Assembly (NCBI GenBank): GCA_016720075.1
Contig: JADJXW010000006.1
Coordinates: 36,747 to 100,746, forward strand
Direction: 5' to 3'
From: Pseudomonadota bacterium
Lineage (GTDB): Bacteria; Pseudomonadota; Gammaproteobacteria; Steroidobacterales; Steroidobacteraceae
Length of the DNA stretch: 64,000 bases
Position numbers and translations under genes: made by a program. Positions 17,017-26,384 of this stretch are shown here, piece by piece (position 1 is the first letter of the stretch; the number at the start of each line of letters is the position of its first letter). The notes below the pieces were generated by a model. That model ran no database searches and was not told where the DNA came from. It was given only the letters and a program-made list of their open reading frames with translations.

Positions 17017-18600
17017 TTACTCCGTCGCGTGAGCCGGAAAAGTCGGCGCGCGACGGGCCTTCAGTTTCTGCTCCAGCGCGTAGCCAAGACCCAGCAGTTG
17101 CGCTTCGCTCCACGCGCGGCCCATCAGCGTGATGCCCAGCGGCAGGCCGTGGCTCTCTCCGGCGGGGATCGTGAGGCTGGGCGTACCGGCCACCGCGGCT
17201 ACGCCGTAACCGGCGCCCACGAAGTGATCGCCGAGCACATGATCGGTGAGCCAGGCCGGTGACATGCTGGGCGCCAGTGCGGCGTCCAGGTGTTCCTTCT
17301 CGATCACAGCCAGCAGGCCATCCCGGCCGGCGAGGCGACGCGCATCGTCGCGCGCCTTGCGGTAGGTGGCTTCTGTCAGCGGGCCTTTGGCCTCGGCCTG
17401 CTCGAACAGTTCCTGCGCGAACAGCGGCATCGCGCGCGCCGCATTGGCCTTGTTCCATTCGATCAGCGCAGCCAGCGATCCGGGCGTGGCATTGGCGGCC
17501 TTCAGGTACGCGTTCAGGCCATCCTTGAATTCGTACAGCAGCAGCGTCAGTTCGGCCGAGTCCCACTGGCCCCAGGTGGCGATCTCCACATCGATGACCG
17601 TGGCGCCCGCATCGCGCAGCGCCTTGACCGCGCGCTCCGTGGCGGCATCCACATCGGGGTGGTAGCCCATGGCCTGCCGCAGCAGGCCGATGCGCTTGCC
17701 CTGGAGCGCATCGGCACGCAGCGCGGCGGTGTAGTCGGTCAGCACATGTCCCTGGGCAGTCTTGCCGGCCGGATCTGACTCATCGACGCCCGCCATCGCC
17801 GACAGCAGCAGCGCGGCATCCGTGACCGTGCGTGCCATGGGACCGGCGGTGTCCTGCGATACCGAGATGGGGATGATGCCGCTGCGGCTCACCAGGCCTA
17901 CCGTGGGCTTCAGTCCCACCAGGCCATTCACGGACGCGGGGCAGATGATGCTGCCATCGGTCTCGGTGCCCACGCCCAGCGCGGCGAGGCTCGCCGCGAC
18001 GGCTGCGCCGGTGCCGGAACTGGACCCGCAGGGATTGCGATCCAGCGCATAGGGGTTTCGGGTCTGCCCGCCGCGCGAGCTCCAGCCCGAGGAAGATCGT
18101 GTGGAGCGGAAGTTCGCCCACTCGCTGAGGTTGGTGCGGCCGAGGATCAGCGCGCCGGCCGCGCGCAGGCGAGCCACCAGGAACGCATCGCGCGCCGGCC
18201 GGTTGCTGGCCAATGCGAGGGAGCCGGCGGAATTGACCATGCCCGCCACATCGATGTTGTCCTTCAGCAGCACCGGCAGCCCATGCAGCGGGCCGCGCAG
18301 TGTGCCCGCGGCGCGCTCCGCGTCGAGCGCCGCGGCTTGCTCCAGCGCCTGGGGATTCAGATCGACGACGGCGTTGAGCGACGGGCCGGCATCGTCGATG
18401 GCCGCGATGCGATCAAGGTAAGCCTGGGTCAGTGCCCGCGATGTGAGCTGGCCGGAGGCCATCGCCTGCAGTGCTTCGGAGGCGGGCAGTTCGACCACAT
18501 CTACTGCCGGCTTGTCCGGAGCCGGTGGCTTAGGGGGCGCGCAGGCCGCGATGAATGTAAACGCCAGCAACAGGGCCAGGTGTCTGGACTTGGGTTTCAT
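17017..18600 (-). CDS. amidase-signature family amidase, lipoprotein signal
   Basis: Lipobox FIAAC. AS motifs KDNIDVAG and GGSSSGTGAAVAASL...GTETDGSIICPAS. Confidence 0.85.
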   Translation of the reverse strand: MKPKSRHLALLLAFTFIAACAPPKPPAPDKPAVDVVELPASEALQAMASGQLTSRALTQAYLDRIAAIDDAGPSLNAVVDLNPQALEQAAALDAERAAGTLRGPLHGLPVLLKDNIDVAGMVNSAGSLALASNRPARDAFLVARLRAAGALILGRTNLSEWANFRSTRSSSGWSSRGGQTRNPYALDRNPCGSSSGTGAAVAASLAALGVGTETDGSIICPASVNGLVGLKPTVGLVSRSGIIPISVSQDTAGPMARTVTDAALLLSAMAGVDESDPAGKTAQGHVLTDYTAALRADALQGKRIGLLRQAMGYHPDVDAATERAVKALRDAGATVIDVEIATWGQWDSAELTLLLYEFKDGLNAYLKAANATPGSLAALIEWNKANAARAMPLFAQELFEQAEAKGPLTEATYRKARDDARRLAGRDGLLAVIEKEHLDAALAPSMSPAWLTDHVLGDHFVGAGYGVAAVAGTPSLTIPAGESHGLPLGITLMGRAWSEAQLLGLGYALEQKLKARRAPTFPAHATE

Positions 18601-18619
18601 TGAACGGGTCCTGTGGCTG

Positions 18620-18693
18620 TGGTGCCCCCACTCGGAATCGAACCAAGCTCTGCGGTTTACAAAACCGCTGCATCACCACAATGCTTTGGGGGC
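18620..18693 (-). tRNA. tRNA-Thr (anticodon UGU), structurally atypical
   Basis: Hand-folded cloverleaf: acceptor GCCCCCA/TGGGGGC, discriminator A, encoded CCA. Anticodon arm is GCGGT-TTTGTAA-ACCGC and T arm is CTTGG-TTCGATT-CCGAG. However A8, U14 and a short D-loop TGTGGTG replace the canonical U8/A14 AGCTCAGTTGG arm. Confidence 0.6.
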
Positions 18694-18764
18694 CGCGAGG
18701 GCGGCGATTATACCCAATGAGCTTTGCCAGCCCCGGAAGCCGGCCTGGCCGGGCGTCCAGGCCT

Positions 18765-19655
18765 TCAGGCCGGGGCTTCCGCCCTGCCGGGGTGCTTCGC
18801 CAGGCTGAACTCAACGAAGCTGCGCCGCATGCGCTCCACATCCACGCGGCGGCCGGTGAAGATCTCGAAGGCCGCTGCTGCCTGGTGCACGGCCATCCCG
18901 CCGCCGTCCAGCGTGCGGCAGCCGACGGCCCTGGCCGCCGCCAGCAGCGCGGTCTCCAGCGGGAAATAGACGATGTCGGCTACCCAGAGTCGGGAGTCGA
19001 GCAGCGCTACGTCGATCGGGCTGCCCGGATGTGAATGCATGCCCATCGGCGTGGCGTTGACCAGTCCGTCGGCGCCACGCAGCGCTGCCGCCACGTCGGT
19101 GCACACTGCAACCCGCTGCGACGAATGCTGCTCGGCAAGCCGCTCGACCAGCGCGGTGGCCCTGCCTGAATCGAAATCGCAGATCAGCAGCTCGCCGACG
19201 CCCATATCCAGCAGCGCCTGGGCCGTGGCGGCGCCGGCTCCGCCAGCGCCCATCTGCAATACGCGTCCCATGCCGGCGCCGGGCAAGCCCTGCTGCATGC
19301 TCAGCGAAAAGCCCGTGACGTCGGTGTTGTAGCCGATGCGTCCGGCCGGGCAGAACTGGATCGTGTTGACCGCGCCGACGCGCCGAGCGCCGTCGCTCAG
19401 GTGATCCAGGTGAGCGATGACCGACTGCTTGTAGGGATACGTGACGTTGACGCCGGCGTAGCCGCGCTGCTGCAGCTGCTCGAGCTTCGATTCCAGGCTC
19501 GATTCGTCCTGTCCGGATGCCGCGAAGTCGAAAAGCTCGTAGCTCAGATCGATGCCCTGCGCAGCGCCTTCCCGCTCATGCATCCACGGGGAGCGCGAAG
19601 CCCCGATATTCCGGCCAATCAAACCAACCCGAACGCGCTGCATCGCTGTCACCAA
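18765..19655 (-). CDS. shikimate/quinate dehydrogenase family protein
   Basis: SRSPWMHE (SxSP..H), NVTYPYKQ (catalytic Lys), GYNTDVTGF (NTD), Rossmann LQMGAGGAGAA. The start may instead be Met5 (19643). Confidence 0.8.
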   Translation of the reverse strand: MVTAMQRVRVGLIGRNIGASRSPWMHEREGAAQGIDLSYELFDFAASGQDESSLESKLEQLQQRGYAGVNVTYPYKQSVIAHLDHLSDGARRVGAVNTIQFCPAGRIGYNTDVTGFSLSMQQGLPGAGMGRVLQMGAGGAGAATAQALLDMGVGELLICDFDSGRATALVERLAEQHSSQRVAVCTDVAAALRGADGLVNATPMGMHSHPGSPIDVALLDSRLWVADIVYFPLETALLAAARAVGCRTLDGGGMAVHQAAAAFEIFTGRRVDVERMRRSFVEFSLAKHPGRAEAPA

Positions 19656-19708
19656 CTCTTGAAGATCGCGCGGGACGGCCCGCTTGCCCGATGGTACGGA
19701 TTGTCGCG

Positions 19709-19750
19709 CAGTCCCCGGGGGTTTGGGGGGGAGGGTCCCCCCGGGGACTG
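19709..19750 (-). terminator. 13-bp perfect GC-rich hairpin after the TonB-dependent receptor gene
   Basis: CAGTCCCCGGGGG / CCCCCGGGGACTG arms with a 16-nt loop, about 20 nt downstream of the receptor stop. There is no U-tract, so function is uncertain. Confidence 0.4.
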
Positions 19751-19771
19751 GCGGCCTTGCGGAACCGTCGA

Positions 19772-22699
19772 TCAGAACTTGGCGCGCACACCCAGCGTGA
19801 TCACGCGGCCAATGGGGCTGGCGTTGATGTTGTCGTAGCCGGCCGAGCCATTGGTGTTGAAGGCGTTGTACTGCGGCGGCGCCTTGTCCGTGAGGTTGGT
19901 GGTATCCACGAACAGCTGGGTCTCGCCCAGGCCCGCGAACTCCGTCAGCCGGTAGGACAGGTTCAGGTCGATCGTGCCGAACGACTTCACCGGGTCACCG
20001 CCAGAGGTGGGCACGCCATTGGTACGCACCAGGGGGCGGGCTACCGAGCCGCCCCAGTTCTTGTAGCCGCTCAGGTAGTTGTAGAACATCGACGCGCTGA
20101 AGCCGCCGCGGGAGTACCCCAGGTTCAGCCGCGCCTCGGCCTTCACCGACGGGAAGGTGGTGTTGAAGCCTGCCGTATGCAGCACGCTGAACACCGTGCC
20201 GCTGGCGCCAAAGTACTGGTCGAACTTCAGCTTGCGCGAAGCCGAAGCGGCGACCGTGAACTTGCCCAGTTCGGTATCGAAGCGGTAGGAGGCTGCCGCA
20301 TCGAGGCCGGTGACATTGAGGTTCAGGACGTTGTTCTGCTGGAAGTTGTAGATGAAGTACGTGTTGGTGTTCAGCGGTCCGGTCTGCGGCAGCCCGGCAG
20401 TTGCCGCGCCGATCTGCGTGGCGGTGGCGCCGGCAGGGAACAGCTGCAGCAGGTAGCTCAGGTCAGCCGAGCCCAGCGCCAGCGCAGGCTGCGGAGCAGT
20501 GATGCCTCCGCGCAGCTTGTTCGACCAGTACGTGAGACTGGTCGAAAGGCCGGGAATCGACGGCGGCGCGAAGTCGACGCCGAAGCTGAAGGCCTTGCCG
20601 CGCTGCGGCTTCAGGTTGCCATTGCCACCCGTGAGGAGCATGCCCGTGATCGCACCAATGGAGCATGACGTGGCCGGTGCGGCAGGGCAGCCTGGGATGG
20701 TGGCAGCGGCGGGGAAGCTGGCGTAGCTGATGGTCGGCGCACCGCCGGGCAGCTGCCCGCCGGTGACGCCATTGAAGCCCGACTCGCCCGTGAGGCCCGC
20801 GGCGTTCGAGCCACGGCTGGTCAGTGCCGGCGCCACGAACGACTTGGACCAGTTGCCGCGGAACTTCAGGCCATCGATCACCTCGAGGTTGGCCGCGAGC
20901 TTCGGGTTCTTCGTGGAGCCCACATCGCTGTAGTCGTCGACGCGGCCGGCAATTATGACATCGAGGCTCTTGACGCCGCGGTCCTTCAGGATCGGCAGGA
21001 ACACCTCGGCATAGGCCGACTTTACGTCGCGATTGTAGGGAATGTGCTGGAAGGTGGAGCCCACGCTGGCGGCGCCCAGGTTGTTGCCGCGGACGATGTC
21101 CTGCTCGAGGCTGTAGTCGAGGTACTCGGCGCCCAGCGCCAGCTTCGCCGCGCCGCCTCCCATCTCGAACAGGTCGCCCGAGACCCTGGCGTAGAGATTC
21201 GTGATGCGCTGGTCGCCCATCTGCAGCTGGCGGTTGTCGGTGAGCAGCGCCCTGGCGGCGGCCGACGTGCCGGAGCCGAATACGTCGATCGCGTTGGCCG
21301 AGGTCAGCGCCTGGGTTGCCGACTGGGCAACGCCGTTGAGCGTGGTAGAAGTGAAGCCGTTCAGGGCCAGGTTGAACACCGCGGCGTTGAGCTGCCCGGT
21401 GTTGACCTGGGCGGCCTCGTCGAGGCCGATCAGGGCGCCGGCGTTGATGCTCCAGGAATCATTCAGCGTGATGTCGGCGTCGAGGCGCCCATAGAAGGTT
21501 TCCGCGGATGCCTGGATCGTGGCGCCGGGTCCCAGCAGTTCATCGGCGTTGAAATTGACGGTGTAGGACGTTGGGGCCGTGCCCGTCGTGGCGCCGGTCA
21601 GCGCGCGGAAGAAGGGATTCACTGCGCGCCCGGTGGGCAGCGTGGCGCCAGTGCCGTAGATCGTGCCGCTGGCGGAGCCGCGCGTCACGTGCTGGACGTT
21701 CTTGCGGTTCGAGTAGATCAGGTCAGTGGTCAGCGTGACCTTGTCGCCTACATCCTGCTGCAGCGAGGCGAAGAAGCTGTGCCGCTTTTCGGACGGGATC
21801 AGGTCCCAGTACTTCGAGGGATCGCAGTCGCCGGCGGCTGCGGTGCTCGACGAGGTGTAGCCGGTGTACAGCGTCTGCGCGGCCGTGACCGCCGTGGTGG
21901 GGACGAACAGCGCGTTGTACTGCGCGGCACTGAGGCCGATGCTGGCCGGGGAGCAGCGATTGACGGTGGTCTGGAAATTACGGCCGCCGCGCGCCGTCTG
22001 GTTGGCTCGCGCGAAGTCGCGATCCGCCGCGGCGAGGTTGTCGCGATCGGAGAAGTTGTAGGACATCAGGAACGAGCCTGAATCCCAGGTCTTGCCGCCG
22101 ATGGCGCCCACGTTGAACGTGCCGTAGTTGTCGCCGAAGCCCTTCTGCGCGGTGGCCTCGAAGCCATCGACGTTGCGGCGCGTGATGAAGTTGACCACGC
22201 CGGCCACGGCGTCGGAGCCATAAACTGACGAGGCGCCGTCCGCGAGCACTTCCACGCGCTCCAGCGCCAGCGGCGCGACGATGTTCGGATCGGCCAGCAC
22301 ATGGTTGATGCCCGAGACGGGCAGACGATGCCCGTTGAGCAGGATCAGCGTGCTGTTGGAGGCCGATGCGCCCAGGCCGTGGATGGTGGGGGCGTTGGTG
22401 CCCGCGCCGTCGAAGCTGCCGTAGGAGCCCTGGCCCGCGCTCTGCAGGCCCACGATCGACGGGACGGTCTTGAGGATCTGCTGCACCGTCTGGACGCCGG
22501 TTTCCTCGATTTCATCGCGGCCCACGGTCACCAGGTTGGAGCCGACCGGCGCCACGCCCTTGATGCTGGAGCCGGTGACGACGACCTCTTCCAGGTCCGA
22601 GTCGGGCTCGGCGGCCTGGGCGAAGGGCATGACCCCGCAGGCCACTCCCAGCGCGGTGAGGATGGACTTGCGTACGGACCAGCTGACAATCGAAGCCAT
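19772..22699 (-). CDS. TonB-dependent receptor
   Basis: Signal peptide, TonB box-like EEVVVTGS, plug domain (NVLADPNIVAPLALERVEVLADGASSVYGSDAVAGVVNFITR). A long beta-barrel ends ...ITLGVRAKF. Confidence 0.9.
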   Translation of the reverse strand: MASIVSWSVRKSILTALGVACGVMPFAQAAEPDSDLEEVVVTGSSIKGVAPVGSNLVTVGRDEIEETGVQTVQQILKTVPSIVGLQSAGQGSYGSFDGAGTNAPTIHGLGASASNSTLILLNGHRLPVSGINHVLADPNIVAPLALERVEVLADGASSVYGSDAVAGVVNFITRRNVDGFEATAQKGFGDNYGTFNVGAIGGKTWDSGSFLMSYNFSDRDNLAAADRDFARANQTARGGRNFQTTVNRCSPASIGLSAAQYNALFVPTTAVTAAQTLYTGYTSSSTAAAGDCDPSKYWDLIPSEKRHSFFASLQQDVGDKVTLTTDLIYSNRKNVQHVTRGSASGTIYGTGATLPTGRAVNPFFRALTGATTGTAPTSYTVNFNADELLGPGATIQASAETFYGRLDADITLNDSWSINAGALIGLDEAAQVNTGQLNAAVFNLALNGFTSTTLNGVAQSATQALTSANAIDVFGSGTSAAARALLTDNRQLQMGDQRITNLYARVSGDLFEMGGGAAKLALGAEYLDYSLEQDIVRGNNLGAASVGSTFQHIPYNRDVKSAYAEVFLPILKDRGVKSLDVIIAGRVDDYSDVGSTKNPKLAANLEVIDGLKFRGNWSKSFVAPALTSRGSNAAGLTGESGFNGVTGGQLPGGAPTISYASFPAAATIPGCPAAPATSCSIGAITGMLLTGGNGNLKPQRGKAFSFGVDFAPPSIPGLSTSLTYWSNKLRGGITAPQPALALGSADLSYLLQLFPAGATATQIGAATAGLPQTGPLNTNTYFIYNFQQNNVLNLNVTGLDAAASYRFDTELGKFTVAASASRKLKFDQYFGASGTVFSVLHTAGFNTTFPSVKAEARLNLGYSRGGFSASMFYNYLSGYKNWGGSVARPLVRTNGVPTSGGDPVKSFGTIDLNLSYRLTEFAGLGETQLFVDTTNLTDKAPPQYNAFNTNGSAGYDNINASPIGRVITLGVRAKF

Positions 22700-22765
22700 T
22701 GCGGAATCCCCTTTTGAGTTTTTCGGGGCAGCCTGCGGGCCGCCTTCTGTACTAACTCGTTATTT

Positions 22766-22787
22766 ACATGTACTAACTAGTACATGT
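22766..22787 (-). promoter_or_regulatory. 10-2-10 perfect palindrome (ACATGTACTA-AC-TAGTACATGT), candidate operator in the receptor promoter
   Basis: AT-rich island in GC-rich DNA. On the minus strand it reads TTGACA (22790-22785), then a 17-nt spacer made of the palindrome, then GTAAAT/TAAATA. TGTACTAACT is repeated directly at 22748-22757 and 22769-22778. Confidence 0.5.
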
Positions 22788-22841
22788 CAATTGCGGGAAG
22801 CCGTTGTGCGGCGCGCAAGCGGGGCACCCGGCGGTCATGGT

Positions 22842-23528
22842 TCAGCGGCTGGCGGGTTCGGCGGGAGGCGGCGCCGTGGCGGCGTCCGCGGGAGCCGCGT
22901 CGGTCGCCGCGGGCGGCTCAGGTGGGCAGGCCTCGATGCGCAGGCGTTCGAGTTGCATTCCGGTCTGCGCCAGCCGGCCATCGGCGAGGGTTTCGCGCGC
23001 CACGCCGGGAATGTCGAGCCAGGTGACGGTCTGCTGGCTGGTGCGTTCCCTGACCACGGCGTCCAGCCGCAGGCGCTGCACGCGGGAAGCGCGATCCTCG
23101 GCGCGGTCCTCTTCACTGAAGATGCCCACGGAGACCTTGAACTCCGGGTCATCAGGCATCGCGAAGGCATCACGCATGCCCGCTGATCGCAGTGCGTTGA
23201 GCGTTCTGGACTGGGCGCTGGCGCTGGCGTTGCCCACGTATACCCACCAGCCTTCGCGCACCTCTTCGGTGACCGCTCGCCTGAGGATTCCCCAGCCCGC
23301 GGCGGCGAGCGTCTGTTCCGCAGCGGCGGCGTCGACATCGGTGGTGAACGGGCCGAGGGTTGCGCAGGGTGGTGGCGCCGGGGGTGGGGGCGGCGGCGCC
23401 TCGGCGGCCGGCTTGCGGGCGGTGGCGGCCACTGCCGTCAGGTCAGGGGCGCCCTGGTCTACCCAGGCGGTCCAGCAGAAGTACAGCAGGTTCGCGGCGA
23501 CCAGCACGAGTACGGCGATGCGCATCAT
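22842..23528 (-). CDS. SPOR domain-containing membrane protein
   Basis: ATG 23528 gives MMRIAVLVLVAANLLYFCW (TM), a Pro/Ala-rich linker, then SPOR-like repeats (GWWVYVGNASASAQSRTLNALRSAG...FKVSVGIFSEEDRAEDRASRV). It sits downstream of birA-coaX. Confidence 0.7.
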   Translation of the reverse strand: MMRIAVLVLVAANLLYFCWTAWVDQGAPDLTAVAATARKPAAEAPPPPPPAPPPCATLGPFTTDVDAAAAEQTLAAAGWGILRRAVTEEVREGWWVYVGNASASAQSRTLNALRSAGMRDAFAMPDDPEFKVSVGIFSEEDRAEDRASRVQRLRLDAVVRERTSQQTVTWLDIPGVARETLADGRLAQTGMQLERLRIEACPPEPPAATDAAPADAATAPPPAEPASR

Positions 23529-23541
23529 GGCGGCGAGCCTA

Positions 23542-24336
23542 TCAGCCCCGGCGGCGCACGGGGATGCCAGCGAGCAAAGCGATGCCCCGGAGGACCAGGT
23601 CGTCGCGCTGCTTGCAGGCGCTGCGCAGCAGCGGCGCCACGGCTGCCGCGCCGCCACCGGTGAGGAAGACCACCGGCCGGCCCTTCAGTCGCCGCGTGAC
23701 GTCGGTGACCGTGCGGTCCACCAATGCCGCGGCGGCCGACAGGCAGCCGAGTTCGATGGCCTGGCGGGTGTCGGTGGCCAGCAGGCCCAGGGTGCCGGTG
23801 GCGTCCGCGCCGCTCCTGCGCGCCGCGGCGCTGGCTGCGGCGCGCGGCGCGATGCCCGCGGTGTCGCGCAGCAATGACTGCAGCATCAGCGTGGGACCGG
23901 GAGCAATGAGCCCGCCACGATGCACGCCGTCGCAGTCGACCACATCGATGGTCAGCGCGGTGCCGACGCTGATCGCGCAGACGGCGCGAAAGCAGCCGGC
24001 CAGGTGCCATGCCGACACTGCCCCCACCCAGCGGTCATCGCCGAGTCGCCGGGGTTCGCGGTAACCGCTGCGCACGCCCGCGGCCTGCGCGCTGCTGTGC
24101 ACGAACTCGGGCGCGGGCGTGCCGGCCGCGCGCAGCAGCCTGCGAAGCGTGCGTTCGGCCTTCGGGCCGGCCACCGAGCAGGCCACCACGCGTTCGAAGT
24201 CACCTGCGCGATCGAGCCAGTTCGAGAAAGTGCCGGTGTCGGTCCAGGGCGCGGCGCGCACAGGCGCAAGTCGCCCCGCGCTGGCCACCGTCCACTTCAC
24301 GCGCGTGTTGCCCGCATCGATCAGCAGGGTCTTCAT
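23542..24336 (-). CDS. coaX: type III pantothenate kinase
   Basis: MKTLLIDAGNTRVKW N-terminus and an ASKHA fold (...GTALTIDVV..., ...VVFLTGGGA). Confidence 0.85.
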   Translation of the reverse strand: MKTLLIDAGNTRVKWTVASAGRLAPVRAAPWTDTGTFSNWLDRAGDFERVVACSVAGPKAERTLRRLLRAAGTPAPEFVHSSAQAAGVRSGYREPRRLGDDRWVGAVSAWHLAGCFRAVCAISVGTALTIDVVDCDGVHRGGLIAPGPTLMLQSLLRDTAGIAPRAAASAAARRSGADATGTLGLLATDTRQAIELGCLSAAAALVDRTVTDVTRRLKGRPVVFLTGGGAAAVAPLLRSACKQRDDLVLRGIALLAGIPVRRRG

Positions 24337-25343
24337 GTGGATGCCGTCCGCACCGATACCTCCCCGGCAATGATGCGATGAACCTGGCCCTGCCGTTCCA
24401 CGCGCAGCGCGCCATCCGCATCCACGCCCCGGGCAACGCCATCGTCCACCGGACCGCTACCCTGCAGCCTCACGGGCCGGTCGCGCAAGGCGTCTGCCGC
24501 CTGGTATTCATCGAGAAACGGGGCGAACCCGCTGGCCGCGAATTCCCGGACCGCGCCGATGCCTTCCCGGATCAGCGCGGCAGTCAGGTCAGCGCGGGCG
24601 GGCGCGGGCGCAGGCGCCGCCAGCCCGGCAAGGTCCGCTGCCGCCGTGCCCATCTGCGCCAGGGTTGCCTGCAGATCGGCGGGCAGCGCCACGTTCACGC
24701 CGATGCCGATCACCACATGCACCGGGCCGCCGGATTCGGTGCGCATCTCGATGAGGATGCCACCCAGCTTGCCCTCGCTGGTCACAAGGTCGTTCGGCCA
24801 CTTCAGTTGCACGCCGTCGATGCCCACGGCCCGCAGCGCGCGCAGCGCCGAGACGCCGATGGCAAGGCTGAGCGCGCCCATCGAAGGAGACAGCGCCTCG
24901 AAGCTCCAGCTCCAGGACAGGCACACGGCGCCGCCGGGCGGCGCCAGCCAGCTGCGACCCCGGCGGCCGCGACCGGCGGTCTGGTACTCGGCGGTGAGAA
25001 AGTCGAATTGTCCTGGGGGCGGGGCGGGGCGCGCGAGCAGCCGCGCGTTGGTGGAGTCCACCTCGCCTGCGCATTCGCCCTCGCGCAGGGCCGCCTGCAG
25101 AGCCGGCGGCAGCAGCGCCCTGACGGTTTCTCCGTCCAGTGGCGTGGTGGGCAGCGCCAGGCGATAGCCGCGATTGGTGACGGCCTCCACGGCCGTACCC
25201 ATGGCGCGCAGCCGACCGACCGCCTTCCACACCGCACTGCGCGTCACGCCGAACTCCCCGGCCAGCTCCGCGCCAGAAACGAATCCGCCAGGCGCGCTGC
25301 GGTGCGCGGCCAGGCGCTGCAGGACCTGCAGCGCGAGATTCAT
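24333..25343 (-). CDS. birA: bifunctional biotin-[acetyl-CoA-carboxylase] ligase / biotin operon repressor
   Basis: N-terminal wHTH (SGAELAGEFGVTRSAVWKAVGRLRAMG). Ligase motifs include GRGRRGRSW and KWPNDL. 4-nt overlap with coaX. Confidence 0.9.
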   Translation of the reverse strand: MNLALQVLQRLAAHRSAPGGFVSGAELAGEFGVTRSAVWKAVGRLRAMGTAVEAVTNRGYRLALPTTPLDGETVRALLPPALQAALREGECAGEVDSTNARLLARPAPPPGQFDFLTAEYQTAGRGRRGRSWLAPPGGAVCLSWSWSFEALSPSMGALSLAIGVSALRALRAVGIDGVQLKWPNDLVTSEGKLGGILIEMRTESGGPVHVVIGIGVNVALPADLQATLAQMGTAAADLAGLAAPAPAPARADLTAALIREGIGAVREFAASGFAPFLDEYQAADALRDRPVRLQGSGPVDDGVARGVDADGALRVERQGQVHRIIAGEVSVRTAST

Positions 25344-26281
25344 GGCTCGCCTTTGCCAGTGGGCCCGGGCACCTCGGCCAGCATGCAGCGCACGCTGCCG
25401 CCGCCCAGGGTTTCGATCACCGGTACCGCGGCGACCACGCTGTGTATTTCCGCGTCGCGCAGCATCGCGTGCTGGTTTTCATCGAGGCAGGCCGCAGCGC
25501 TGGCGGACATGGCCAGGTGCGCGCTGCCGCTCGCGTCCGTCAGTTCGAGCATGTTGCCGGCGAAGGCGAGCAGCTGTGGGCCGCGTAGCGCCATGATCCC
25601 GCGCTGGCCCGTTGCCAGCCGCGCGCGCAGCGCGGCACGTTGCGCTTCGGGCACCCACTCGAGGCCCGCGCCGGCCACGCGCGCGCCGATCCACAGCACC
25701 ACATTGGTGTGATAGACCGGCGTTCCATCGGGCGTGGCCGCATCGAACAGCACCGGTTCGTAGTCCATCAGCCGCGCCCATTCGCGCACCAGCGCCGGAT
25801 CGGTGCGCGGAGATGCCACTGCGTAGGCCATGCGGTTGGCATGGTCCAGCACAAGGCTGCCCGTGCCCTCGAGGAATCGCCCGTGGTTTTCTTCCGCGGT
25901 GAGATCAAGCCGCCGCGTCTCGACGAATCCCAGTTGCGCCTTCACGCAGTCGATCACCGCTTCGCGGCGCTCCGCGCGGCGCGAGGGATTGAACATCGGG
26001 TACAGCACCACGGTGCCATCGGCATGAAAGCTCACCCAGTTGTTCGGGAATACAGCGTCAGGCTTCGGTGGGTCGATCGTGTCTGCCGCGATGGCCACGC
26101 CAATGCCGGCCGCGCGCAGCGCGCTGGCGAGCGCGGCGGATTCCACTCGCGCGGCCGCCGCCGCCTGCGCAGCCGGCAGTCCCGCGTCGCGCTGGAAGCG
26201 GTTGCTGCGCGCCGTCTCGGCGTTGAAGCCGAATGCGGCGGGCTCGACCATGCAGACGTTCGTCATGCGAACCGGATTCAT
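25340..26281 (-). CDS. amidinotransferase / arginine-deiminase-related (CtlX-like) guanidino-group-modifying enzyme
   Basis: ATG 26281 (alternative 26266). PNNWVSFH, EGTGSLVLD, VYHTNV, and a C-terminal catalytic-Cys block GGGSVRCMLAEV. 4-nt overlap with birA. Confidence 0.7.
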   Translation of the reverse strand: MNPVRMTNVCMVEPAAFGFNAETARSNRFQRDAGLPAAQAAAAARVESAALASALRAAGIGVAIAADTIDPPKPDAVFPNNWVSFHADGTVVLYPMFNPSRRAERREAVIDCVKAQLGFVETRRLDLTAEENHGRFLEGTGSLVLDHANRMAYAVASPRTDPALVREWARLMDYEPVLFDAATPDGTPVYHTNVVLWIGARVAGAGLEWVPEAQRAALRARLATGQRGIMALRGPQLLAFAGNMLELTDASGSAHLAMSASAAACLDENQHAMLRDAEIHSVVAAVPVIETLGGGSVRCMLAEVPGPTGKGEP

Positions 26282-26384
26282 GCCGCCATTATGGGCGGTT
26301 GCGACCTTTGACAGCAGGCCTCCCAGGTAGCGTAAGCTCGATTCAAACAAGCCGGGCACACCCGGTTCCACTCGAGGGGGTTCC

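Noticed and set aside
19717-19746. Four G-runs (GGGGG, GGGGGGG, GGG, GGGG) suggesting a G-quadruplex.
   Set aside because: The runs are the arms and loop of the 13-bp hairpin after the receptor gene. They lie on the non-transcribed strand, so the duplex hairpin is the simpler explanation.
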